DNA from: Catajapyx aquilonaris
Lineage: Eukaryota
Length of the DNA stretch: 39,480 nucleotides
Assembly (NCBI GenBank): GCA_000934665.2
Contig: JYFJ02003621.1
Span: forward strand, 1-39,480
Direction of reading: 5' to 3'
Under the pieces are notes generated by a model that did no database searches, was not told the DNA's origin, and saw only the letters and a list, made by a program, of their open reading frames with translations. This document shows, piece after piece, positions 1 through 11,379 of the stretch (its first letter is position 1; each line of letters begins with the position of its first letter). The translations under genes were made by a program, and so were the position numbers.

Positions 1-56
1 GTGACCATTTCTCACTGCTCACTGCTCACTGCTCACTGAGAAATGAGGAAAGTCAC
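1..56. repeat. 7-bp tandem repeat (CTCACTG)x4 inside short inverted repeats
   Basis: CTCACTG x4 at 11-38, bracketed by CATTTCTCA/TGAGAAATG and GTGAC/GTCAC. Truncated by the window start. Confidence 0.7.
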
Positions 57-109
57 AGCCAAGGGGGTCACAAAAGTGTACACTGGATCATCAAAAGCAC
101 CGGATCACC

Positions 110-272
110 ACGATCTATTTTGGCGTTTTGAAGAAATATCGAAAATGGAAGTATCGATAAATTGGAGAATCTATATGTAAAATGTTGAATCTTTATCGCA
201 TCGGCGACTTCAAATATCTATACATCGATATATCGATCTGATATCCCGTATCTACGATACGATATCCCATCA
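110..272. mobile_element. Possible right end of a CGAT-rich hAT-like MITE
   Basis: Dense ATCG/CGAT motifs ending in CGATACGATATCCCATCA. Same style as the complete element at 30832-31065. Left end not identified. Confidence 0.45.
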
Positions 273-275
273 GGA

Positions 276-571
276 ACTGAAGCAGTGGCAGCGGAGGGGA
301 TATGGTATCCGACTGCCAATCGGGAGGTCCTGGGTTCGAATCACGGTGGCCGCCGACCCTGACCGTGGTTTTCTGTGGTTTCCCATGGTCTCACCAGGAA
401 AATTCCGGGGTCGTGTCAGTCAATTATAGGCCACAGCCGCTTCCTTCCGTCCCTATCCCATCCCCATATACGAGAAGTAAAAACGAAAGCAAGAGTTCCA
501 GATTTTTTTAAAAAAATGGTGGTATTCCACCCCCCTAAGAGGGCCCATGGCCCTAGAACGGGGTACAAATT
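276..571 (+). mobile_element. tRNA-derived SINE, family A (tail type 2)
   Basis: B box GGTTCGAATC at 333-342. Core GTGGTTTTCTGTGGTTTCCC...CCAGGAAAATTCCGG...TAGGCCACAGCCGC shared with 8965-9252 and 27892-28186. 14-bp TSD ATATCCCATCAGGA at 262-275 and 572-585. Confidence 0.9.
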
Positions 572-717
572 ATATCCCATCAGGAGCTGAGGCAAGAGCA
601 CCTCGCCACTTATACCTTATATTATACGGTATAAATCTTGACGGGACAAGAGCGCCGGACCAGGAGCTTTTGTCCCATAATAATATAATATAATATAATA
701 TACTAGCTCTTGCACCT

Positions 718-1053
718 AGGGAGGCGAAGTGGCGCTGCGGTAACGTATGCGCCCACGGATGTTAAGGTCCCGGGTTCGATCCCAGCCCGGGGACACCCCC
801 TTCATCTCGTGCAGAGTTCATTGGGTCACCTCTGGCTTCGTCTCGGGTGGTATTTCCTACAGACTAAACCACCCGGGGGAGTTCACTAAAAATGGCCACA
901 TAAAGACATTGCACTGCACCTTGCACATCCCCTCCTGTCATCCTGCCCGTGGGCCCGGGCGTTACGTATAAAGGCTCCGATGTATACACGACAAAATAAA
1001 TAAAGGTCCGTGCTACATACCTCTGATGAGGTCAAGCACTACCCCGGATTATG

Positions 1054-1124
<71 letters not shown>
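718..1124 (+). mobile_element. tRNA-derived SINE, family B (tail type 3, long (ATT)n)
   Basis: A-box-like TGGCGCTGCGGT 730-741, B box GGTTCGATCCC 773-783, (ATT)n tail. About 19-bp TSD TATACTAGCTCTTGCACCT at 699-717 and 1125-1143. Body motifs shared with 38731-39075. Confidence 0.9.

Positions 1125-1127
<3 letters not shown>
1054..1127. repeat. (ATT)n microsatellite forming the SINE tail
   Basis: Uninterrupted ATT array; gives the poly-Tyr and poly-Ile ORFs. Confidence 0.98.
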
Positions 1128-1128
<1 letters not shown>

Positions 1129-1156
1129 CTAGCTCTTGCACCTGCCTCTCGCGCGG
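1129..1156 (-). mobile_element. Probable Helitron 3' end, interrupted by the SINE at 718
   Basis: TACTAGCTCTTGCACC followed by the GC-rich imperfect hairpin CCTGCCTCTCGCGCGG. Same spacing as TACTAGCTG(C/T)GGCACC plus hairpin at 16441 and 39152. 5' end not established. Confidence 0.45.
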
Positions 1157-2087
1157 TTCACTACCGTCGGATCACCGCCGGATCACCATCGAAGGCGTAC
1201 ACAGATCACCAGCCCTTGGTCACAGCTTATAGAGTTGTAGAGAAACCATGGTAACATGTTGTATAGCTCAGAGTGTTATATGTTCACCACTGCTCCACTA
1301 AAGAATTCATCTTCGTGCCTGCGGATACAGTTCGCCAAATTTGCAAAGTATACAGTGTTTAACATATCCACCAAGTTTTCTCTATAGGCACGTTTCGTTA
1401 TTCCACACCACTATAGTTATCGAAAGCAAACTGAAATAAGTTTGCGGTACGCTATACCAGCAAATTAGAATGGTGATTGATTTACAAGCGGGGGAACTTC
1501 TCAGAGCAGAAAGCAATCGACGAAATGGTACGTTAGTGGAAAACGTGTCTACACGTCACTTTTCATTAGAGACGAGACGGGAGGTCCTGTCCCAATTTAT
1601 TAGGGAGGAAACCTATATGTTAGGCATGCTATTACCCCTCTCATTTCATTGTAAAACGCGTTCATTTTATTTTTGCAACTCCTGTGAAGCAGTTGACTGA
1701 CTGCCAGAAAACTGCTATTCCGCTTCTGCTTTGAGACACGCAATTTTACGGATATTGTGGGCAGAAACCTAACGAGGATTAACGATGTGGAAGAGTCAAA
1801 TCACTTAAATGGGGCTCTACTGTATGTGGGCCTATAACGTATGCGTGAACTGTGCCCGGAGGATGTTGCGCAATATGCCAATTTGTGTAATAGGATTTTG
1901 ATGCGTTATACATATTTAGGACGAGACATTTAGACACAGTTATGTGCAACGGAAGGTACCATTTCACACCACTTTGAAACTACAGCATCAAAGCTGGTTT
2001 GCCGGTCTCGTAATAAATTGAATATACTCCTGTGTCGTCACTTGGTGCGGGGAATATTCAGGGCTTCAAACTTAACATGCCAAGACA

Positions 2088-2463
2088 GGTATCACCCCCA
2101 TTTCGCCGCCTCTCGATTTGCCGTCCCTCTAATCGCCGCCGATGATTCATTCCCATTCGCCGCCTTCGCCATTCGCCGCCTGCGAAACTGGTACACAAAG
2201 ACGCATCGATTCTCTAAAATGCAATGATTAGTGTGGGGTCGTGACGAGGGAAAACCCTGTATCCGCTGAAGATAAGACTGTATCCGCTGAAGATAGGGCT
2301 GTATCCACAAGGAAGGTTAGGTTAGGTTATGTTGGTAGAGCGTACCCCTGCCACATTCGGTCTTCCTATATGTAAGCGGCGATGTATGGCGACGGCAAGA
2401 TAACACGGCGGCGAAATGGGAAACTGCATAATGCAAGGCGGCGCGGCGGTATGGGGTGTATTC
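2088..2463. mobile_element. MITE with (TTCGCCGCC)-type subterminal repeats, possibly MuDR-like
   Basis: Left GGTATCACCCCCATTTCGCCGCC, right GGCGGTATGGGGTGTATTC. TCGCCGCC copies on the left, GGCGGCGA copies on the right. Internal 21-bp tandem at 2257-2308 and GGTTA repeats. Degenerate 9-bp flanks GCCAAGACA/GCCAAGTGT. Confidence 0.6.
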
Positions 2464-4912
2464 GCCAAGTGTTGCATCGTTAAAGAAGTTTCACCCTTAA
2501 TTCTGAAGCCTCCACAGTTTTTTTTTAAAGGACAGACGTGCAAGGGAATAACGAGTCCAATAGATGGCGTCATAACCAGTGAATGCTCTCACGCATAATT
2601 TTATACTATCCATCACAGCTACTGGCTACTACTCTATTTTCATGCCAATTCCTGTCAGTTCTCATCAAGAGGAAGTCTACACCTCGACTGAATTTTGGTC
2701 CCTATCTCTATTTTTTTGTGGAAGTAAAGAAGACAGGACGAGAGGGATGGAAAACTCGTGGCTTATCACAAAGTCCTAATGAACGTTGGCAGAATTCTCT
2801 CACCAACTCTGAAATGTCCATCCTTTAAATTCGATCTAGCTTTATTGGGAAGCAGCATGCACAACATAAAAGATAGAACATTTTGCTGTGATTTCTCTGG
2901 AGCGGAAAGTACACCAATCTGGAATGTTTTTTTTAAAAAAAATGTTTTCAAGTTTTTGTGGGAAGGAAGCTAGAGGCAAAAAAATAAATGATAGCGTGGC
3001 CTGAACGTAAATCGATGGCTGTACATCCCTTCCAATATCGCAGCTGGCGGACAAATTTTCGGGAGCTTAGGTGCGAATCCGGTGCACCATTCATTATGTC
3101 AAGAGTAATTAATTGCGGTGGATACGTTACGCTTATGACGACATATGGCGGAGAAATGGCATATAGGAAAAGTCCGAGACCTCTCAATATTTCCATACTT
3201 TTGTCACGTCAATGTAGGTTTACTGTGGTGGACTAAATTGCACAAATTATTGCTCATAAACTATTCGAAATAAATCACTGCACGTACGTAATGAGTTATT
3301 CGTAGTGGGCAATGTGGCAAATATATGTTTTGATTGACTGATGGTTTGCTTTTTGTTTAACGACATACAGAATATTGAAACTGTTTGCATAATGTAAATT
3401 ATTTGCATGAAATTTTTGGGAAAATCGACTAATTACTGTGAATATCGAGCATCCCAGTTTGATATTAGCTAAGAGGAGGCTACTAATTCTGGCTATGATT
3501 TTCAGCATATTTCATGACACAAAATATCTTTATGAACTGTTGCTGCAACATGCCATGTTACATATTCTAGCGTATGTACCACTTCTGACCACTTTGTGGT
3601 TATGGGGTCATATAAAGGAAGAGAGAGGACGAAACTCATGCAGTGCAACCCAGTTCTGTCGTTATCATTTGTTTACAGATGAGAATGTATGCGCAGAATA
3701 ACTTAAGAATAAGTGGGCTGTTATTAAACCAAACCCGTCACTTAAGCTGCTGAAGTAGTGCGGTTACATCATCAAATGTAAACAGTCTTTTTGGCCACGT
3801 GAGTGTTGATAAGACTTCAAGTGGCATCTTCCGTCCTGGGGTTACTGCATTACACTTTTTAGTGACAGTTGAACAAATTGTTTGAAATGTTTTATGAATA
3901 CTTACACTTATGACCTGCAAAATTTATTATTGCATAAGTTTACCACCTGTATGTACATGGTCGCAAATTGAGCAGTTTGTATTCAAGTGCGGAGAGAAGC
4001 AATCATTACGTGGTCTACGAATGTCTCTCTTGCTTGCCACGAGGTTAATTGAGGCCGCCACTAAATGACTACAATGGAGGGGGGGGTGAGGTAGAGACCA
4101 GCTCCCTACCCAATTGCAAAATTGCGTCATTAGGCAAACTGACAGTGTCCTTACCTCTTTAACGAAGTAGGCGCAAATGCGACCTCGCGCCTCTGCAAAT
4201 TACAAGATTTTTTAAATAGGCCCTGCTATGTCATCTTTTAGGTCATGTTACAAAGACATTGTGGTGATGGCGAAATGTTAAGAGTAATGAGCTAATATTT
4301 TTTATTGCCGCCGTAGAAATTCCAGAGCTATTTGTACTACTTGCATAATTGTGTCACACACTGAAGCTGGTAGTTAGTTCGCATGCTTCAAATGATTAGA
4401 TGAGACGTGTCCTAAAATGTCGTTGCTTTATCAAATCCAAAATTGCTTAAAGTATATATCAAACCCATCAATTAGAAAGCAACGCTTGTGTAATCTGGCT
4501 TAGTTTCGTAGTGTGACGTCAGGAGTTGAGTCGGATTTGAACAACTTGAACCCTGCTTTTTCCCCCCCAACTCCTGCTGCTGGAAGAATCGATTCGGAGT
4601 ATTCCCAAAGTGGCTGTACTTGCATGCAGGTGAAATGAGACACCACTGTCACGCCCATCTGCCTCCCCTTCCCACCATTTCCCCTTCCCCTACTTCCTAT
4701 TTCGAAGTATTTTCTGATGGCAGGGGGAAGTTCTCGACCTTCTACATTTACAACGGTGAACTTTGTTCTGCCAGGGGCTTCTTTCTCAAATTATTCGTAA
4801 AAAACGTACAGATCACCTTGTAGGGTTTCACTTAGATATAAATTATGTAAGTGTCAGTTACTAGGAATCGAATGTCTGGTGAAAAGGTTTGAGGGCAGAA
4901 GCAGATACTGAA

Positions 4913-5780
4913 CAAGGGAAGGTCACGGGGTGAGAATGGCGGATTTTGATGAAACTTAACATGCTAATACAGGACAATATATGATGACCAAAAATGAAAT
5001 ATTTCGTGCTGACGTCCAAATTTGCAAAAGTTAGGACGTCTTAAAGTTCCAAATAGTACATTTTCATACACCATGGGATTACATTAGCGACCACATATAA
5101 TGACATTGACGTGTGTAATCAGTTTCTAGACTTTTTCTCATCGGAAAAAGTCCTACACAACGGCTCTGGCCGTCCGTCCGTCCGTCTGTGGACAGCCGGA
5201 CAGGTATCAAGGCCTAAACCGTAAGAGATATCGTCAAACGGTTTTCATATTCGGATTGAGCGTGACCAAAATAGGTTTCATGGCAAACTCCGGTGACCCG
5301 CCACTTCCCGTGACCCGCCACTTCCGGTTTTCAGGGTTCACTCTATCCACACAAGTCTACTTTACGGGCGGTTACGTGGCGGCCGGCGGGTCACCGGAAG
5401 TTGACCATAAAACCTATTTTGGTCACGCTTAATCCGAATATGAAAACCTTTTGTCGCTATCTCTTACGGTTTAGGGCTTTAGGCCTTTGATACCTGTCCA
5501 CAGACGGACGGACGGACGGCCAGAGCCGTTCTGTTCTTCTGTAGGACTTTTTTTTTACCGACGAGAAAAAGTCTAGAACACTTCAATGTCATAATATGTG
5601 GTCGCTATTGTAATCCCATGGTGTATGAAAGTGTATTATTTTTGGCACTTTAAGACGTCATAACTTTTGCAAATATGGACGTCAGCACGAAATATTTCAT
5701 TTTTGGTTATCATATATTGTCCTGTATTAGCATGTTAAGTTTCATCAAGACCCGTCATTATCAGCCCGTGACCTTTCCTG
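4913..5780. mobile_element. ~870-bp foldback (palindromic) non-autonomous DNA transposon
   Basis: Arms about 4913-5301 and 5385-5780 are reverse complements with few mismatches, e.g. TGATGAAACTTAACATGCTAATACAGGACAATATATGAT and its mirror. Left terminus CAAGGGAAGG. Right terminus degenerate; no TSD seen. Confidence 0.9.
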
Positions 5781-6288
5781 GGGGATTTCTCGTCATTGTG
5801 AGATGTGCAAAAGGAAGTTTTTAATTTATTCTGAGTGGAATTTGGCGTCGCTCACTTCTCAATCTTTGAATTCGAATTGATTTCTTGCGACTTTTCAACC
5901 CCGGAGTTTTACCAGAGGGCCCGGTCAATCTTTGCATTAAGATTGAATGGGATTTTCTAACTTTAAACCTTTGAAATAGTTCAATTTTTTGCAGGTTTTT
6001 TGCTCATTTTTGTGACCACTAATACCTATAGCTGTAAGAGCGGAATTTTACTGAATAATTACATGGCAAGATGAGTAAAAGGATCCAGCACCCCCACTAT
6101 GGGCCAGGCTGTTGTATAGTCCATTTCAATAGCCGTGGGCTACTTATACACAACCTAGTCCTAGACTAGTACTGTAGCGAACTAAAATAGGCTAGACTCC
6201 TTGCGGATATCCTGTAATATGAACTGGCCTTTCCTTCATTAACATACAGAAAACCTCACTATACGTTACGAACGTCTTTTCGCATTAA

Positions 6289-6428
6289 AGGTGCGTTTAC
6301 ATGTGAGCCATTTGATGAGCGAATCTTCTCCAAGGCTGAGTAACCTAAGCCAATATTGTTTGAAGCGAATAATTTCAGCCTCGGCGAAGACTTCGCTCGT
6401 CAAACTTAAGTGTGACGTACTCGCAGCC
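6289..6428. mobile_element. Small palindromic MITE, PIF/Harbinger-like
   Basis: Left AGGTGCGTTTAC versus right reverse complement GGCTGCGAGTAC, flanked by TAA/TTA. Internal inverted repeat TTTGATGAGCGAATCTTCTCCAAGGCTGA / TCAGCCTCGGCGAAGACTTCGCTCGTCAAA. Confidence 0.6.
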
Positions 6429-7385
6429 TTAGATATGTGATTCTTTAAATGTATTTTTTCGTGCAGTAGTTGGACCATATGAAATGCTTGTAGATGGCAA
6501 AAAAATACTATTAATTAACATGAAGTAAATGAAATTGAACAATTTGATTAGGAACCTCACTATTTGAAACGATCGGTGGCTGACTTGAAGCAGTGACGTC
6601 TAGCGGTGTCACAAGTTAGATATAAACCTCATAATGATCTGTTCGAAACGGAGGCAGAGTTGATTAGGTGGTAGTCAGATATTAGGCTCCTTGCTAGTCG
6701 TTGGGAAGAGAAGCAGGAGTCTGAAAGTTTGTCGGCTTGGCACAAAGGGTGGGCGACGATAGTCGAATCGGACGTGGAGGGGAAGAGCTCTCATTTCCGA
6801 CCAAGTCACGGAAGGAATGGGAGAACAAAAGAGAGGATGAAAGGCAAGGCGAAGAGGCGAGTAGGCTACAGTAGCGGAGTCTAAAAGGGAGGTAGCCGTA
6901 TCGTTAGCCCTGACTATTGATTCCAGCCTGCATCGGTCTATATGCCATCAGAATTCCCACACAAGATTCTCTGGCCTCTTTCTCGAAAACTTTGTCACAC
7001 CATCTACCTACTCTCACTTCAATCCTCTCAGAGGTGGATTTATTCCTGCTCTCCACTTCAAGAGGAACTCAAAAGCTACAACACATGCACAGACTGTATA
7101 GAACCGTGGCTGCTTTATGGTCCAGTTTTTATGACAGGCGATAAGATTGTGTTATGGCCGTGTGTGATAATTTTATGTGTGTGGACTTGGGGCCAATCAA
7201 CTTGTGCCTGCACTTTTCTAGGTAGGATTAAGGTCGAGAAGGCTATAGGACGGTTCATTGATGAAAATGTGGAGTTGACACTTGTGGACTATAGCAGGTT
7301 AGTTACACAAACTTAGGTCAAATTCTGACATTTTCTCATGGTACAATATAAACAACCAAATAGGAACTTGTTATACACGTAATCA

Positions 7386-7742
7386 TCTATCTATATTATT
7401 AATACCCGGCTGTCGTGGAAACTCCTCCCGAACCGTACGGCCTACAGCGTTGGGAGTGGTCTCATAATTTAGCCCGCGTTTTCTATATTTGCAAACCACT
7501 TTTGTTTTTTTGGAAAAAGTGCTGAGGGACTTTGTCAAATGCAAAATACCCCAAAAACCTCAAAAAAAGCCGGCTCCACGGAATTACAGTTTTCGCCGCT
7601 CGGCGTTCAGGGCACCACCTCCTTGCTGGTGGCGACCTGGTGGCGACTCGCTTACTTCTGCACTCCCCTCCCTCCCGCTCTCTGCTGCATTTACCACACT
7701 GACCACTTTTACTTTTATCAAATTTTGTCAACTAGACCCTAG
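7386..7742 (+). mobile_element. Non-autonomous Helitron, family H1
   Basis: A|TCTATCTATATT start, CTAG|T end, weak AT-rich subterminal hairpin, no TSD. Highly similar second copy at 16430-17112. Confidence 0.8.
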
Positions 7743-8964
7743 TGAGACTCTAATGAACGGGAACTTAACAGACTCTATACAGAACTTTAGAGTCGATCCT
7801 GAGGGTAGTTGCCCACTTTCAAAGAGCACTAACACAATTGGGCATCAGTTGATTACCTGACTGGTCAAACACCCAGTGCAGAGCCTGGGACTACACTTAG
7901 GAAACCACAAATTGATTGTGAAACACGAGGTCCAACTTTCCAATCCAATGGCATTCATCGCATTAATGCGACCTATGAAAGGGCAGCGAGTGTATGGTGT
8001 CGTGCAATGTAACATGTGGTGATTCACGAGACTAAATACGTTTTTGAAGCTGCTGGAGCGAAACACTTTTTCCAATAGAGTTTTCAGAGCTCCGTTTCTC
8101 GCAATCACATTATCATGCATGAATATTCATTTTTAATCCGTATACTGATGGCCATTTCTTTTTAAAACGGGATTTTAACAAATATTGCAAAAGAGCAACT
8201 ATATACGAGTATGTCCTAGATGAATTATCACTACACAAAAATTCATTTTCAGTAAAACAGATCAAAGGGTATAGACATAGAGGAAGTAAATTAGCATCCT
8301 GATCCTTTTCCCCTTTTGCATGGCATTTATCGGAATATCAGCTCCTGGTTGAGGAATGCGTTACCATGACATTTTCACTGAAAGTAGGACGTTGTAATTT
8401 GGAATCACTCATCTTCTGCGCATTCCTTCTTTGTGGTTTTCATGCTTGACTTCTTAAATGCACGGAATTTGTCGCTCGTGAAATATCTGTCGAGAGTTTC
8501 AGGAATATGCTGCTCAGGAAGAGAATCCTCCTGAGAGAAAATTCTCCCATTTTTGTCCAATTTTTAATGTACGAGAAAATTTTAGATGTATGAATATGCC
8601 AGTGATTGAATGATGCTTGATACTGCTGGCTCACATGGTATTCATTCGACTGTGGTCCTTTAATAGGAATGCTGTTCATATAAGCACTTTTAAATTGGAC
8701 TTTAACATTGCGTTTTTCACATTTTTGTGGTGCAATAAAATTGGTTACAGACCATATCACTTTTGTGTAGATATTTTGCAATTAGGAGATTGTTTCAATG
8801 CCTCTGACAAAATAATTGAATTTTAATCAGAAGAATGAAATCATATATTCTGCTGTAATGAAGCGTCATATTTGATAATAGGATTGTAACCATGACTGTG
8901 CAAGAGTCCAGTGGGTGGAATGCAGGTGCTGTAGGCACCAAATGTAATGAATATGGCCTATAAT

Positions 8965-9252
8965 AATATATAATAATTCATACCCCGTTATCAGCCTATC
9001 GGCTCTTTAGGGGGGAAGTTTTTGTTTTGGCTGGAACTCTTTGCTTTCATTTTACTACGCTTTTTGGGATAGGATAGGGACGGAAGGAAGCGGCTGTGGC
9101 CTATTAATTACGGAAGCAACTCCGGAATTTTCCTGGAAGGACCGTGGGAAACCACAGAAAACCACGGTCAGAGTTGCCGGCACCGGGATTTGATCCCAGG
9201 ACCTCCCGATTAGCAGTCGGACGCCTTATCCACTATGCCAACCTGCTTCGGT
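8965..9252 (-). mobile_element. tRNA-derived SINE, family A (tail type 1)
   Basis: Minus strand: A box TGGCATAGTGG, B-box-like GGATCAAATCC, family A core, (ATT)-like tail. 15-bp TSD AATATGGCCTATAAT at 8950-8964 and 9253-9267. Confidence 0.92.
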
Positions 9253-11379
9253 AATATGGCCTATAATGTACATGTATACATCTATGTACAGTATGTGCCC
9301 GAGCAGACGCCTGCAAGTGGAATAAGCTATTCCAGTTGCGAATTTAATTTCCTTTGTAATTTTCAAGAGTGTGTATTCAATAGGTAGGGTTATGAACCCT
9401 CTCTTTTACCCCAGCTTCCACCAGCATGTCATGCATTGGGCTCATTTTCATAATATTGGTAGCCACGCGCGGTTCGTTATATTTTTACACTGGTGCGGTT
9501 TCGGGTTTTCAGGCCAATTTGAATGGAATTGAGTTTGTGGAAGCTTGGAAGCTCACCAGTTCTTTTTCCTCCAAAGTCCATCCTTTACCTCTGGTGTACC
9601 TCCCTTTAGTCCAGTTTGAGCCGATGGCTCCCAGGGTTTACCCTTGCATACCGAAAGACCCTCCGGCTAGTTTCCGCTTTGTCCGCTCCAACTCTTCCCT
9701 TTTTCGCCGAGGAAAAGTTTGACTTGGACCAAAACTCATCCCTGAGTATATATCAGCTAGGGGAATCACACGGTTTTTTTTTCTCAAAACACCCCCATCT
9801 TCCCCTCTGGTCTTTTTCATTTTGGTGTGTAGCTTCTAGTCCACCCTAACCCCAGAATTCCCCCCCCCCCCATCATTTTCAATCTAATTGAAAATGAAAG
9901 AGGCCGATGCAATTAGGTATAGCAAGGGAAGGAGGGTTCAATACTTGAGGCCCTTTGACGTGTTTCTCCAATCCAGACGGAAGGATTCGGTGGTTACACT
10001 GAGAACTCGTAGTTTCCGTCAGTAATCAAATTTGTTCAGCTACTGTAAATCCTAATTAGATGCCTTGCAGGACATTAATGAATTAGCTTGTTTAATTTAG
10101 ACTCCGTTTGGAACACTGTCATTGTGTCAGGTTGCGAAATGAATTGGGCTTTTCACGTACTGGCTTATTTCGAAATGGTGTAGCTGAATTCGGGTCTAAA
10201 CACAATGGAGAAAAAGTCTGACGCTGAAAAGTGCAGGAGTCTTTGTGGCAACCCGAATGGTAAAAACAGTAACGACCACATAGCCACATGTAGGCATAGC
10301 GTAAACTTTTATTGTGGTAATTTGACTGATAATTTATTTTAACTTGCGGGCATTGTGTAATATGAAAGCGTCGTATAGAAATGTGGTAAATATCTGCCAA
10401 CATTTGTGGTTCCTGTACATTGTCGGTGTTTGGGAATTTTTCGTGTAATATATTCAGAAACTTTACCAGGATATGATGTGCGTGAGGATCATCCAACTAA
10501 AGGTCGTTCTTGGTTGGCTTGCCTAGCTGTGCGGATCATGTGACCAAATTCCCCAGTGGTTGAGTGTTTCCGAGAGTTTTAGGTGTATGTGCTCTGAAAC
10601 GTTACCACATGGTGTAGTTCTCGAAATATTCCGACAGCATTTTGAGAGTCCAGTTTCAAAAATATATTGAGTGCAGTTTTTCCGCGCTCTTATACGAGTA
10701 TTACCGCATTCCAAAAGTGAAAACAGTTTGGCAGAAAAAATTAAATAATTTTTCCCAATAATCAGGATAACCGACAGGTCTTTAGCTACCACTGGGCACC
10801 ATCCATTTTCTCTGAGGCAAATATAATGACTCTGTCATTGTTTGCGTCATTACTGAAGCGTGCCAATCGTTAAAGAGTGTAACATTGTTGATCTTTTGTG
10901 CTTTCGACAAGCTTTGTACCGGGAGTGACATAAACGACCACATGTGGTGGGGATATGTTCAGGTTATGAAGTTTGTGGTGTGCGAAAATGGATTGAGGAC
11001 AGGCAGATTTCATTGTGAAAGAGAGCTTATACAGACCCTGTGCAAAACTTTGAAGTGGAAGACCAAGGGGAAATTGCTGAGAGTGCGGCCCTTCTTTTCC
11101 TCCCTGAGAATTCCAGATCAAAAGTTGCTCCGAAACGAGAAGTTAGTCGTGAATATTTAATTAGCATGGTACAAGAGAGCTCTCTATTAATTGGCGAGTC
11201 ATTGCACCCTTGAGATTTTTAAATACGGTATCGAATTGCCTGACGTTTCCGGATTTTATGGCAGTAATTACTGAAAGTTCGTAATAAATATAATATTTTA
11301 CCAATATTAGTAACAAAGGGCACTTAATTGCCATTTTAGTAATATTTCATCTGCCTTTATCCAGACACAGACAGATGTA

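Noticed and set aside
1023..1045. CTGATGAG hammerhead ribozyme core
   Set aside because: No stem II or GAAA follows; the sequence is explained by the ACCTC-TGAT-GAGGT tail hairpin.
1026..1254. Poly-Tyr and poly-Ile ORFs
   Set aside because: Translations of the (ATT)n SINE tail.
2314..2329. Interstitial telomere (TTAGG)n
   Set aside because: Only about three units, internal to a MITE.
7483..7860. ORFs resembling those at 16854-17194 (apparent paralogues)
   Set aside because: Both lie in copies of Helitron H1; frames diverge through indels and there is no Rep/helicase motif.
9178..9252. tRNA gene (A/B boxes and an anticodon-like stem-loop with GCT; also at 276 and 27892)
   Set aside because: No acceptor stem or poly-T terminator; it continues into a SINE body flanked by TSDs.
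9520..9620. Myb/SANT-like peptide RGKGWTLEEKELV on the minus strand
   Set aside because: Short match, bounded by stop codons, and the later conserved aromatic residues are missing.
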